Of a stretch of DNA of 64,000 bases, positions 24,834 to 33,776 are shown piece by piece (the first letter of the stretch is position 1; every line of letters starts with the position of its first letter). The position numbers and the translations under genes were made by a program. The DNA is from Candidatus Versatilivorator sp. (GTDB lineage: Bacteria; Acidobacteriota; Terriglobia; Versatilivoradales; Versatilivoraceae): NCBI GenBank assembly GCA_965207735.1, contig OZ242296.1, forward strand, positions 5,120,001-5,184,000, read 5' to 3'. The notes beneath the pieces are model-generated. The model worked only from the letters and a program-made list of their open reading frames with translations, was not told the origin of the DNA and ran no database searches.

Positions 24834-27206
24834 GTGTCCTTCCTGGAAATGACGGTTCCGGAATTCTGCCGCCGAATGGGTTGGGCGGGCCTGGGTCTGG
24901 TTTGCCTGGCCTGCCTCTGGTCCCTGGCCGGCAACACCCGACCCAGCCAAGCCCCCACCCACTCCACTCCCGACTCCCGAGTCTGTCAATCCTGCCATGC
25001 CGAGATCTACCGGAGCTACGGGGAAGTGGCCATGGCCCGCTCCCTCTACCGGCCCTCGCCGGACAACCTGATCGAGGATTACACCCGGGAAAACCACTTC
25101 TACCACGCCCCCTCGAAGCGACATTACCGGATGGTGCAGCGGGAGGGGCGCTTCTACCAGAGGCGCTACCAACTGCATGCCGGGGGAGGAGAGACAAACG
25201 TCCTGGAACGGGAGGTGACCCACATCATCGGTTCAGGCGAGCATGCCCGCAGCTATCTGAGCCTGGATGAGGGAGGTGTGCTGCGACAGTTGCCGGTGAC
25301 CTGGTATCCCCAGATTCAGCGCTGGGGGATGAGCCCCGGCTACGACCACCCGGACCACGAAGACTTCAGCCGACAAGTCACTCACTCCTGTCTGTTCTGT
25401 CACAACGGCTATCCCCAGCTCCCGGAACCCTCGGACCGCTACGGCCAACGGAACGTTTTCAGGAGTGAGCTGCCCTCCGGCATCGGTTGCCACCGTTGCC
25501 ACGGACCGGGCTCCGACCACGTGAAGGTGGCATCGAGCCGAACAGCCGCGGTCGGTCAGATTCGTCAATCCATCGTCAATCCGGCCAGGCTGAGCCCCGA
25601 AAGGCAACTGGATGTCTGCCTGCAATGTCATCTGGAAGCCGCTGCGGCCGCGCCGCGGTTCAGGCGGTCAGGCCGGCCGGTTAATTCCTTTCAGCCGGGG
25701 GAGTCCCTGGCGGATTACATCGTCCACTTCGATCTCGGAGATCCAAACTCGGAGCACCCGCCCGATCGTTTCGAGATCGACAGCGCCGGCTACCGGATGC
25801 GGCAGTCGGCCTGCTTCCGCTTGAGCCGGGGCGCCATGACCTGCACCACCTGCCATGACCCCCACCGCAAACTACGAGGGGAGGCGGCGGTGAGGCATTA
25901 CCGGGAACGCTGCCTGAGTTGCCACAACCGGCCCTCGCCCGCCGTCCACGGAGAGACACCTCCCGGCGATTGCACCGCTTGCCACATGCCCAAACGCCGG
26001 GCTCAGGACGTGGTGCACGCGGTCATGACCGATCACCTGATTCAGAAGGGCCCTCCCGGGCCGAACCTGCTGGCGCCACTTGAGGAAGACCATTCCCCCA
26101 GGAAGGAGCAGCCGTTGTTGTACTTTCCCCGGTCGCTGTCCGCCTGGGAACGAAATCTCTATTTGGGGATGGCCGAGGTGCAGACCCCGGGAAACCTGCG
26201 GCAAGGTTTGGACCGGCTCGCGGCAGCCCTGGAGCGGAAGAGCGCTTCTTTCGCCGAGCCCTACGTCAAGTTGGCCACGGCCCATGCCGAGACCGGGGCC
26301 TACGATGCGGCTCGCGCCAGCTTGCGACGAGCCCTTGACATCGATCCCGACAGCCCCATCGCCCGTTTCAACCTGGCCGAGGTGATGCGGCGGCAGGGCC
26401 AATACGCGGCCGCTGTCGAGCAATATCGGAGAATTCTGGCGATCGACCCAAACTATGCCAAGGCCCATCTGGGGCTGGGGCTGGTCAACCGGCAACAGGG
26501 CCGACCGGCAATGGATTCGTTCCGGCAGGCTTTGCAGTCCGATCCGCTTCTGGCGGAGGCCCACCTCGGACTGGGACGGGAATCCCTGGAAAGGGGACCG
26601 GCTGCCGAGGCGGCACGCCATTTTCTCCAGGCCCTCCGGGCCGACCCGGACAGCGCCGAGGCCCATCTGAACCTGGGCTTGGCCCAGGCGCGGCAGGGCC
26701 TTCAGGAGGAAGCTCTGGCAGCCTTTCGCCAAGCCGCCGCAATGGATCCCGCTTCTCCTGAAGCCCACTACAACCTGGGGGTGGCTCTGGCTCGGAAGGG
26801 ACGCATCCGGGAGGCTTTGAAGTCCTTTCGGGAAGCGGTCCGCCTGAGGCCGGAGGACGTCGAAGCCCGCTCCAACCTTGGGATGGCCTACAGCCAACTG
26901 GACCGGCTGGAGGACGCCGTGGAGGCCTTTCGCCAAGCCGTGCGCCTCCAGCCCGATTCAGCCAGGGCTTACTTCAACCTGGGCCTGACCCAGGCCCGCC
27001 TGGGCCGCTCGCGGGAGGCCGTCGAGGCCCTGTCGCGAAGCGCGAGCCTCTCCCCCCGTAATGCCGAGATCCGGTTCCACCTGGGCCTGCTCTACCTGAG
27101 TGCGGGCGAGAGGGCCTCGGCGCTGGAGCAGTATGAGGTCCTCAAGGAATTGGACCCGAAACGGGCCAGGACGCTGGGGGAAAGTATCCGGGGGAAAGAG
27201 CGGTGA
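24834..27206 (+). CDS. Heptaheme cytochrome c - TPR fusion protein (paralog 3)
   Basis: Seven CxxCH (CQSCH, CLFCH, CHRCH, CLQCH, CTTCH, CLSCH, CTACH) plus TPRs; clear paralogy to the genes at 13441 and 16240; start uncertain. Confidence 0.88.
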   Translation: MSFLEMTVPEFCRRMGWAGLGLVCLACLWSLAGNTRPSQAPTHSTPDSRVCQSCHAEIYRSYGEVAMARSLYRPSPDNLIEDYTRENHFYHAPSKRHYRMVQREGRFYQRRYQLHAGGGETNVLEREVTHIIGSGEHARSYLSLDEGGVLRQLPVTWYPQIQRWGMSPGYDHPDHEDFSRQVTHSCLFCHNGYPQLPEPSDRYGQRNVFRSELPSGIGCHRCHGPGSDHVKVASSRTAAVGQIRQSIVNPARLSPERQLDVCLQCHLEAAAAAPRFRRSGRPVNSFQPGESLADYIVHFDLGDPNSEHPPDRFEIDSAGYRMRQSACFRLSRGAMTCTTCHDPHRKLRGEAAVRHYRERCLSCHNRPSPAVHGETPPGDCTACHMPKRRAQDVVHAVMTDHLIQKGPPGPNLLAPLEEDHSPRKEQPLLYFPRSLSAWERNLYLGMAEVQTPGNLRQGLDRLAAALERKSASFAEPYVKLATAHAETGAYDAARASLRRALDIDPDSPIARFNLAEVMRRQGQYAAAVEQYRRILAIDPNYAKAHLGLGLVNRQQGRPAMDSFRQALQSDPLLAEAHLGLGRESLERGPAAEAARHFLQALRADPDSAEAHLNLGLAQARQGLQEEALAAFRQAAAMDPASPEAHYNLGVALARKGRIREALKSFREAVRLRPEDVEARSNLGMAYSQLDRLEDAVEAFRQAVRLQPDSARAYFNLGLTQARLGRSREAVEALSRSASLSPRNAEIRFHLGLLYLSAGERASALEQYEVLKELDPKRARTLGESIRGKER

Positions 27207-27216
27207 GAAATGCGGG

Positions 27217-28926
27217 CTAACCCCGATAGTTCAAGTGGATTTCCACGCTCTGCACCACCAGGGGCGGACGCAGCCGTGCATCCCGTTCCAGCAGGCGCAC
27301 CTGGACCACGTGGGTGCCCCGGGCAGCTTGTTCGGGCCGCAGCTTCCATACCAGCCAGCTGTCCTCAGCCACGTCCGAGGGGTTGTCCGGGTCCTCCGCG
27401 GCCACGTTGCGTATCTGAGGCTCGGGCAAGCGGGCGCCGTCCAGGCTGACTTCGACCTTGTCCGCGACCGAGCGGTGTTTCAGTTCCAGCTGCAGCTCGG
27501 CGGTCTTGAGATTTCCTTCGCGAGCTTCCTGAACCGAGTCATCGTAGACCTTGACGTGGAAGCGGGGGCCTTCCTCCGTCAGTGTCCGGTAGAGCGCCAC
27601 CGGGGTTTCTCCATAGAGGCGGTCGTGAAGGTCGGCGCCGGCCCAGTTTCCTTCCTTGGGTTCACTGAAAGGCCAGCCGCCGACGTAGCGGTGCAGGGTG
27701 GCGTAGACCTTGTCGGTTCCCTTGAGTGTCCCGAGCGATCCCACGGTCGTCAGCAGCGGGCGGCGGGTCTTTTCGTTGGCGTGCCAGTTGAAGCAGTAGA
27801 TGCCGTCGGCCCCGCGTTCCCAGTAGCCGGCGGCGGCGGCCCGCACCATGGCCTCATGCCATTCCTGGTGGGACTTCAGCCCCTGGTGGGGGCCCCAGAA
27901 GCCGCTGTCGAAGCCGGGATAGAAGCGGATCCCGCTGCCTTTCAGCAGGTCGAGGAAGGCTTCCACCTCCACGCCGTAATCGGTTCCGGCTCCACCCCCG
28001 GCCGCCATCATGTCGCAGAGGTCTTCCCGGACCCAGGTCTTCAGGTCGTAGCCGATGCGCCGGCAGGCCTCCAAGGTGGTGGCCACTCTTACCGACACGT
28101 AGAAGGGCCTGCCCCTCTCCCGGCCCAGGCGTCGGGTCATGGAGCGCAAGGCGCGCTGGAGGTCCGTCAGGGTATAGCTGAGGCGGGAGGCGTCATCCAG
28201 GGGCAGGTGGAAGGCGTGGCGCTGCCAGTCCAGCTCGACTCCGTCCCAGTCAGCCAGCTTGCAGACCTCGGTGACGCTCTGCAGGCGGAGTTCCCGGATC
28301 TGGGGGATGGCGAAGTTCCAGGAGGCCGCGAACCACTTGGGAGCCTGGCGGGGTCCCAGGCACCACTCCGGGTGCTGCTTGCGCAAGGGAGTCAGGCCTT
28401 CGATGCTGGCCTCGGCCATGTCCTCGAGCTGCAGTCCGTTGAAGTGGTTGTCGTTCATACGGATGGAGGCGTAGACATGCATTCCCAGCTCGTGACCTCG
28501 CTTCACCAGGGCGGCATAGGGATTCTCTCCCTTCCGCAGCAGTTCCCGGATGCCTTCGTTGTGCCGCATGGACCGCACCGTGTCGTAGAGGCGGCCCTGG
28601 GAGTCGCCCGCCATTTCCATGGTCTTGGAGGGCCACTTGGCCTCGTGCTCGCCGGTGCACCAGAAGTGCGCCCCCACCTGAGTGTCCTTCATGGGAGCGT
28701 ATGCCTTTTCCACGAACTGCTCCACCGATTGCGGGTACTCGGAGTAATCGTGCGGGGCTCCGTCCCAGTTGTAGATGACCGGATAGGCCGGTGGCCTGTC
28801 TTTGACGGACCCTTGGGAAGAACTGCCTGCAGCTTTCCCCTGCAGGGGAAATTCGGTCAGGGACCCTCCCCAGGCCGCCATGCCCAGGGCTCCCGTTTCC
28901 AGAAAGGTTCGTCGGTTGAATTCCAT
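27217..28926 (-). CDS. Tat-exported GHL10/DUF187-like TIM-barrel protein
   Basis: NRRTFL Tat motif; YNWDG, SIRMNDNH, DWDGVELDWQRH, GADGIYCFNW; C-terminal beta-sandwich. Confidence 0.75.
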   Translation of the reverse strand: MEFNRRTFLETGALGMAAWGGSLTEFPLQGKAAGSSSQGSVKDRPPAYPVIYNWDGAPHDYSEYPQSVEQFVEKAYAPMKDTQVGAHFWCTGEHEAKWPSKTMEMAGDSQGRLYDTVRSMRHNEGIRELLRKGENPYAALVKRGHELGMHVYASIRMNDNHFNGLQLEDMAEASIEGLTPLRKQHPEWCLGPRQAPKWFAASWNFAIPQIRELRLQSVTEVCKLADWDGVELDWQRHAFHLPLDDASRLSYTLTDLQRALRSMTRRLGRERGRPFYVSVRVATTLEACRRIGYDLKTWVREDLCDMMAAGGGAGTDYGVEVEAFLDLLKGSGIRFYPGFDSGFWGPHQGLKSHQEWHEAMVRAAAAGYWERGADGIYCFNWHANEKTRRPLLTTVGSLGTLKGTDKVYATLHRYVGGWPFSEPKEGNWAGADLHDRLYGETPVALYRTLTEEGPRFHVKVYDDSVQEAREGNLKTAELQLELKHRSVADKVEVSLDGARLPEPQIRNVAAEDPDNPSDVAEDSWLVWKLRPEQAARGTHVVQVRLLERDARLRPPLVVQSVEIHLNYRG

Positions 28927-29083
28927 TTTGGGGACTCCTTCTCTTGAATGTCACCGCTCGCTGGGGCGGCGAACTCGGTCAAGGTCGTTGCGGAACCAAT
29001 AGCTTGGGGGTGCAGGCGCCCGCACACTGTAACACCAAAAGCCCGGAGGGAAAAAGAGTTAAAGAGTTATCCACGAAGGGACA

Positions 29084-31078
29084 GTGCGCCGTGGAAAGGC
29101 GCCTTCTTCTGGCGGGTGCGAACCCCGCCCAACAACTGTCGCTCCGGTTGGTAGCAGCCAGGGCGGATCATGGAGGTAACGAAATGGTCTGAAGCACTCT
29201 GGGGTCAAGGGCCGCCAAGGGCGGCTCAGCGAGCATGCGGGCCGGAACGCGAGTGAACGTCGAGCAGGCCTCGAAACGGACAATACGGAAGCCGACCCTC
29301 CTGTCTTTAGGGGAAGGCCGTTGGCGGATGGGGAAGAGAGCGACGCGGGCACCGATCCGCTTCCGTCGGGGTAGTGACGCTGGCACGCATGGAAGGGGAA
29401 GAAGGCAGCAACACGGGAAGCCCTGGGGGAGATGCGGCACACATCAACCGGGACCCCGCGAGGGGCAGGCCGGGCCGTCAGGGTGGCGGATGGGTCGGTA
29501 GTACCGGAGAAGCCGGGTAACGCCGGTGGAGGGAAGGGACCCTGAGTTGAGAGCAGCATGGAAAGGAGGCAAGGCGTGGCCACTGACAAGAGTCTAACAG
29601 GGTCAGAGGGGGTTCGGAAATTCCAGACCATGCTACATGCGAAAGCGAAGGAGGACCCCAAGCGGCGGTTTCATGCGCTGTCGGACAAGGTGTGGCGAGA
29701 GGACTTTCTGAAGGAAGCCTGGGCACAGGTACGCCGAAACGGCGGGTCGGCCGGGGTGGACGGGGAGGGCTTCAAGGACATCGAGGCGTATGGGGTGGAG
29801 GGCTGGCTGGGGGAACTGGCGCGGGACCTGAGGGAAGGAACCTACGTACCGAAGCCGGTGCGGCAGGTGCTGATCCCGAAGAAACAGCCCGGCAAGTTCC
29901 GGCCTTTGGGCATACCCTGCATACGGGACCGGGTAGCGCAGACGGCGGCTTTGCTGGTGTTGGAGCCGATCTTCGAAGCGGACCTGCAACCGGAGCAATA
30001 TGGCTATCGGCGGGGGCGGAGTGCCAACGACGCGGTCAAACGCGTGCATGAACTCCTGCAAAGGGGTTACCAGGAGGTGGTTGACGGCGACCTGTCCAAC
30101 TACTTCGGCGAGATTCCGCATGCGGAGCTGATTCGAAGCATTGCCCGGCGCGTGAGTGACGGGAGGATGCTCAAGCTCATCAAGGCATGGCTGGAGATGC
30201 CGGTGGAGGAGGACGACGGGAAGGGTGGCAGACGCCGCCGGAACCGAGGGCGCCGGGAGCGGAAGGGGACACCGCAAGGAGCCCCGATCTCACCGTTGCT
30301 CAGCAATCTCTACATGCGGCGCTTCGTTTTGGGCTGGAAGGTGCTGGGATATGCCCGGCGCTTCTGTGCGGAGATCGTCAACTATGCGGATGACTTCCGT
30401 GTACTCGGCAGGGCACCGGCGGCAGAGATGCTGACGGCGGTCAAGCGGATCATGGAGGAGCTGAAGCTACCGGTCAACGAGCGGAAGACCCGATGCTTGC
30501 GGTGTCCGGAGGAACCGATGGGGTTTCTGGGATATCGCATCGGACGCAACTATCGCCCCAAAGGGAAAGGAGCCTACATCGGCACACGACCCAGCCAGGC
30601 GAGCGTCCAGAGCATCTGCCGCAAGATCAGCGAGTGGACGGCGCCGAGGAACGGGACGCTGCTTCGAGGACAGATGGTAGAACACCTGAACCGGGCGATG
30701 ACCGGGTGGGCGAACTACTTCGTTCTGGGGCAGGTGAGCCCGGCCTACCGAGCGATCGACCGCCACGCGGGCGGGCGGCTGCGTCAGTGGCTCTGTCGGA
30801 AGCACAAGGTGAGGACCGGGGGGAGTGTGCGCTTCTCGGACGAGAGACTATGGAAAACCTATGGACTCACTTGCCTGGGGTCGAAGCCACAGAGCCTTCC
30901 GAGGGCGAAGGCATGATCTTGACTGAAAGCCGGATGCGGGAAAACCGCACGTCCGGTTTGACGAGCGGGGGCGAGGAAACGCAGCGAGGAACGAGATTGA
31001 GGCACCGGCGAGTGGCGAAAGCCGCCGGCAACAGCGACTCCCTCGATCTAAGGCCGGCGCGCCTCCCCTCGACTCTAC
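29084..31078 (+). mobile_element. Group II intron (about 1995 nt), apparently full length
   Basis: 5' GTGCG at 29084; domain V AAGCCGGATGCGGGAAAACCGCACGTCCGGTTT after the ORF; long domain VI ending CTCTAC at 31078; boundaries confirmed by the empty-site homolog at 2744-2879. Confidence 0.92.
29558..30916 (+). CDS. ltrA: Group II intron reverse transcriptase/maturase without endonuclease domain
   Basis: IPKKQPGKFRPLGIPCIRDRVAQ, YGYR, GTPQGAPISPLLSNLY, YADD, FLGY; thumb/X domain GWANYF; no HNH extension. Confidence 0.95.
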   Translation: MERRQGVATDKSLTGSEGVRKFQTMLHAKAKEDPKRRFHALSDKVWREDFLKEAWAQVRRNGGSAGVDGEGFKDIEAYGVEGWLGELARDLREGTYVPKPVRQVLIPKKQPGKFRPLGIPCIRDRVAQTAALLVLEPIFEADLQPEQYGYRRGRSANDAVKRVHELLQRGYQEVVDGDLSNYFGEIPHAELIRSIARRVSDGRMLKLIKAWLEMPVEEDDGKGGRRRRNRGRRERKGTPQGAPISPLLSNLYMRRFVLGWKVLGYARRFCAEIVNYADDFRVLGRAPAAEMLTAVKRIMEELKLPVNERKTRCLRCPEEPMGFLGYRIGRNYRPKGKGAYIGTRPSQASVQSICRKISEWTAPRNGTLLRGQMVEHLNRAMTGWANYFVLGQVSPAYRAIDRHAGGRLRQWLCRKHKVRTGGSVRFSDERLWKTYGLTCLGSKPQSLPRAKA

Positions 31079-31213
31079 CGAAGAACGACGAAGGGCCACT
31101 AAGGCGTTGAGGTTAATCGCGAAGGGATGCCAAGGTTGCGAAGGGATGATCGATTTCCGATTGTTTCACTCTCGTATGATCCGCCCGGCAGGGCAGGAGC
31201 CCGGCTTCCCTGA

Positions 31214-31300
31214 GAGCGGCGAAGCCGCGGCAGCACTTAGCCGTGGGCGTCAGCCCATGGGAAGCGTCGCCTATTGGTGTCGAGCCGCGTAGGCGGCGAC
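31214..31300 (+). repeat. REP-like three-hairpin repeat
   Basis: AGCGGCGAAGCCGC...TAGCCGTGGGCGTCAGCCCATGG...AGCCGCGTAGGCGGCG; homolog of 2613-2700. Confidence 0.75.
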
Positions 31301-31672
31301 TACATCAGAAAACTTGTAACTGCTCATTATAATATACTTACTGTGGTTCTCCCTGTTGTAATCCCCTCATTATATCCCTCTATTTGAACGGGAATCCACT
31401 GGACCTTTCGGGACGTTGGTGGACAGTCTTACGATCATTCGACCCCCGAGACTCTGCGTCCGAGACCGTCGAGCGGGGTGGTAGAATGCCCCTGGGTTCG
31501 GATCGGAGATATTGGGTTGTGAGCATCCTCCAGCCTTGCCCTTCTCGGCCTCTGGCCATCTGTGGTCGACTGTTCTTCGAGGGCCTCATCAGTGAGGACG
31601 CGCAGCCAGGAACTGACGTTGAGGCGCCGCTGGATGCCGAGGCGCTCGATGGCCTTCCCGCCAGGGATCACT

Positions 31673-31810
31673 GTGGTGAGAGCGACCTCCCCAAAAGGGG
31701 GGCAAAGGGCCGACACCTTTGCCGACACCTTTTCCCGCGCCCGTGGCGCACCAGCGGCGAAAAAGGGGGGGTCGCTCTCACCACCATCTCCCCTCCCGTG
31801 CGGCGCGCCG
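31673..31810. repeat. Structured ~140-nt repeat, copy 1 (copy 2 at about 32340-32470)
   Basis: Perfect 15-bp outer stem GTGGTGAGAGCGACC/GGTCGCTCTCACCAC and inner stem GGCAAAGG/CCTTTGCC. Confidence 0.75.
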
Positions 31811-32339
31811 TTGCGCCGTGCGACGCGGGCGACGCGCGAGGCCCAGCCTCGTTTCGCTTTGTCGCATCGGACGCGGGAAATCCGCGTTGTCCCGCGTCTG
31901 GTGCAGCGTTTCGGAAAATCCCCCACCACAACGGCGACGGCTCCGCCCTCTGAGAGAAAGACGTTGTGCGTAGCAGGATCTCCGACATGTTAGTCCGACA
32001 CCCCCCCTTCGGAAAGGTGTCGGCCCATCTGACGACACCGCCTTGACCCCCAGAGACGGAAATCGTCGATCATGTCGCGGCCGTTGGAGGCCGGGTCTTC
32101 CTGCTCCCATTGGTCGATCTTCTCCATGACGACACCGAGGCCGCCATGGCGTTCGACGGTGTCCTGACCCCTGAATCCGCGAGCTTTGCGGGGGGCTGGC
32201 TGGACTTTCTCACTCCCTGGCATAGCAGGACACCCCGGAACGCCTCCTGGACCGATTTCCGTCTCAGGGACCGCAGGGACCGCCGCCTGTGGGGAAACCG
32301 GAATGGCCGGCTCGCTCAGCGGTCCCGGGGTCGCCATGC

Positions 32340-32470
32340 GGAGAGAGCGACCTCCGCGCGGGGGCAAAGGGTGTCCGGACCCCTGGCCACCTTTGCCCTC
32401 CTCCGTGGCGCGCCAGTGCCGAAAAAGGGGGGGCTCTCACCACCAGCACCCGTCTCGTGTGGCGCGCCGA
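32340..32470. repeat. Structured ~140-nt repeat, copy 2
   Basis: GAGAGCGACCTCC..GGGGGCAAAGG..CCTTTGCC..CCGTGGCGC.CCAG.G.CGAAAAAGGGGGGG..CTCTCACCACCA, matching copy 1. Confidence 0.75.
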
Positions 32471-32614
32471 CGCGCCCGGCGAGGCGGGGACAGCGAGGCC
32501 GGCGCCGCACCGCGTAGTGCCGGGGAGCCAGCCTACCCAATGTAGTACATTGGGGCTGGCGAGGGGCTCCGCCCCTTCGAACCCCCGACCGGGGGGAACT
32601 CCCCCTTGCCCCCA

Positions 32615-33200
32615 TCATCCCCGCCGCTCCCTTCTCCCTCTGCCGGGAACTTGGAGCCTGGCTCTCACCCTGGCTTGCCCCGGGCAACCGATCCCCTGGG
32701 CCAGGTAACGCGCCCAGTCGTCCATCAGGACACGCCGGCGCTCGAACAGGTCCGAGCGGGCATAGGCCGCCTCGATCCGGTTCCGGACCACATGCGCCAG
32801 GGCCGCCTCGACCACCTCCCGGGGATGATCCGTCTCTTCGACCGCCCAGTCCCGGAAGCTGGATCTGAACCCGTGCGGCACGGCCGCAATCCCCTGCTCG
32901 CGGACCAGCCACCGCAGCTCCTTGTCATTGAGCGGCTTCCCTTGCCCACGGGTGAACACCAGAGGACCGGCTTCTTTGCCCAGTTTCCGTGCCGCTTCGA
33001 GAATCTCCAACGCTCGGCCGCGGACGACCAGGCGTTGAATCCAACTGCGGGTTCCGCTGGGCTGGACGAAGAGGTACAATCCGTTTCCATCGGCGTATCT
33101 TCCGGGCGGAGCGGAGCGCTGGAAGGCAGCCGAGAGGACGTTGCTGGGGTGACGGCCGGTGAGTTTGGTCTTAGGTCGGGCAGGAGCGAAGTCCGTTACA
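32615..33200 (-). pseudogene. P4-type tyrosine integrase pseudogene with a large internal deletion
   Basis: Arm-binding N-terminus PGRYADGNGLYLFVQPSGTRSWIQR is fused directly to the C-terminal catalytic part VPHGFRSSFRDW...EAALAH...EAAYARSDLFERRRVLMDDWARYL; the core-binding domain and first catalytic Arg region are missing; no canonical start upstream of 33079. Confidence 0.88.
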
Positions 33201-33488
33201 GTATTTATCCCCCCATATTATGGGGGATGGCAATGGATTTCAGGGGACGTTGGTAGCAAGTCAACCCACAGCATAACTGGTCTAAGACACTCATAACTAA
33301 GACAGTTATAGACTCTACTGGACGCCCCTAGACATCACTGGATTTTATAGGGACGTTGCGGCGGCGGCAGCAAACGCCGGTGTGCCCACGTGAAGCACAA
33401 GCCGACGCAATGATGAGCCTTTTGCAAATAAATATCGCAATCGGGAATGACCTTGAGGCGGCAAGGATGATGTGCTGCAGGCTCCAGC

Positions 33489-33657
33489 ATTCACCACGAT
33501 AAGCATAAGAGACAACAGAAACCACAAAAAGCACAAAAGGCACAAAACGAGTTTCTTGATTTCGAGACTTGCCCATCCGATCATCAAGCGGATCTGCTTC
33601 CTGTGGCGCAGCCTCTCGTCCTGTTAATCCAGTCCATCCTGTGCATCCATGTTCAAT
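33489..33657 (-). repeat. Chimeric 9-mer repeat element
   Basis: 33489-33581 is the reverse complement of 20667-20759; 33585-33657 is the reverse complement of a variant of 2230-2310. Confidence 0.85.
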
Positions 33658-33776
33658 CCCGCGGACATGAAGCTCCGGCGTCGGTCGCCATCCCCCCCCC
33701 CGACTCATGTTCATTGCAGAAAGGAGCACTTGTCATAGAATGGTGTCCCCTTCTTGAAACACTCAAAGGAGCCGTC

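Larger units (their letters stand above)
31310..33357. mobile_element. Decayed ~2 kb P4-like integrative element
   Basis: Integrase remnant; similar AT-rich segments near both ends (TATCCC...TGGA...GGGACGTTGGT at about 31373-31420 and 33206-33254) resembling arm-type site regions; boundaries approximate. Confidence 0.55.

Noticed and set aside
29558-30916. RT as part of a DGR, retron or defence system
   Set aside because: Intron 5' end, domains V/VI, maturase domain and a precise empty site identify a group II intron; no template/variable repeat pair seen.
33200-33420. tRNA attachment site next to the integrase
   Set aside because: No T-loop/CCA tRNA-like sequence recognisable at either end; TTCGAACCCC at about 32576 lacks a cloverleaf context.
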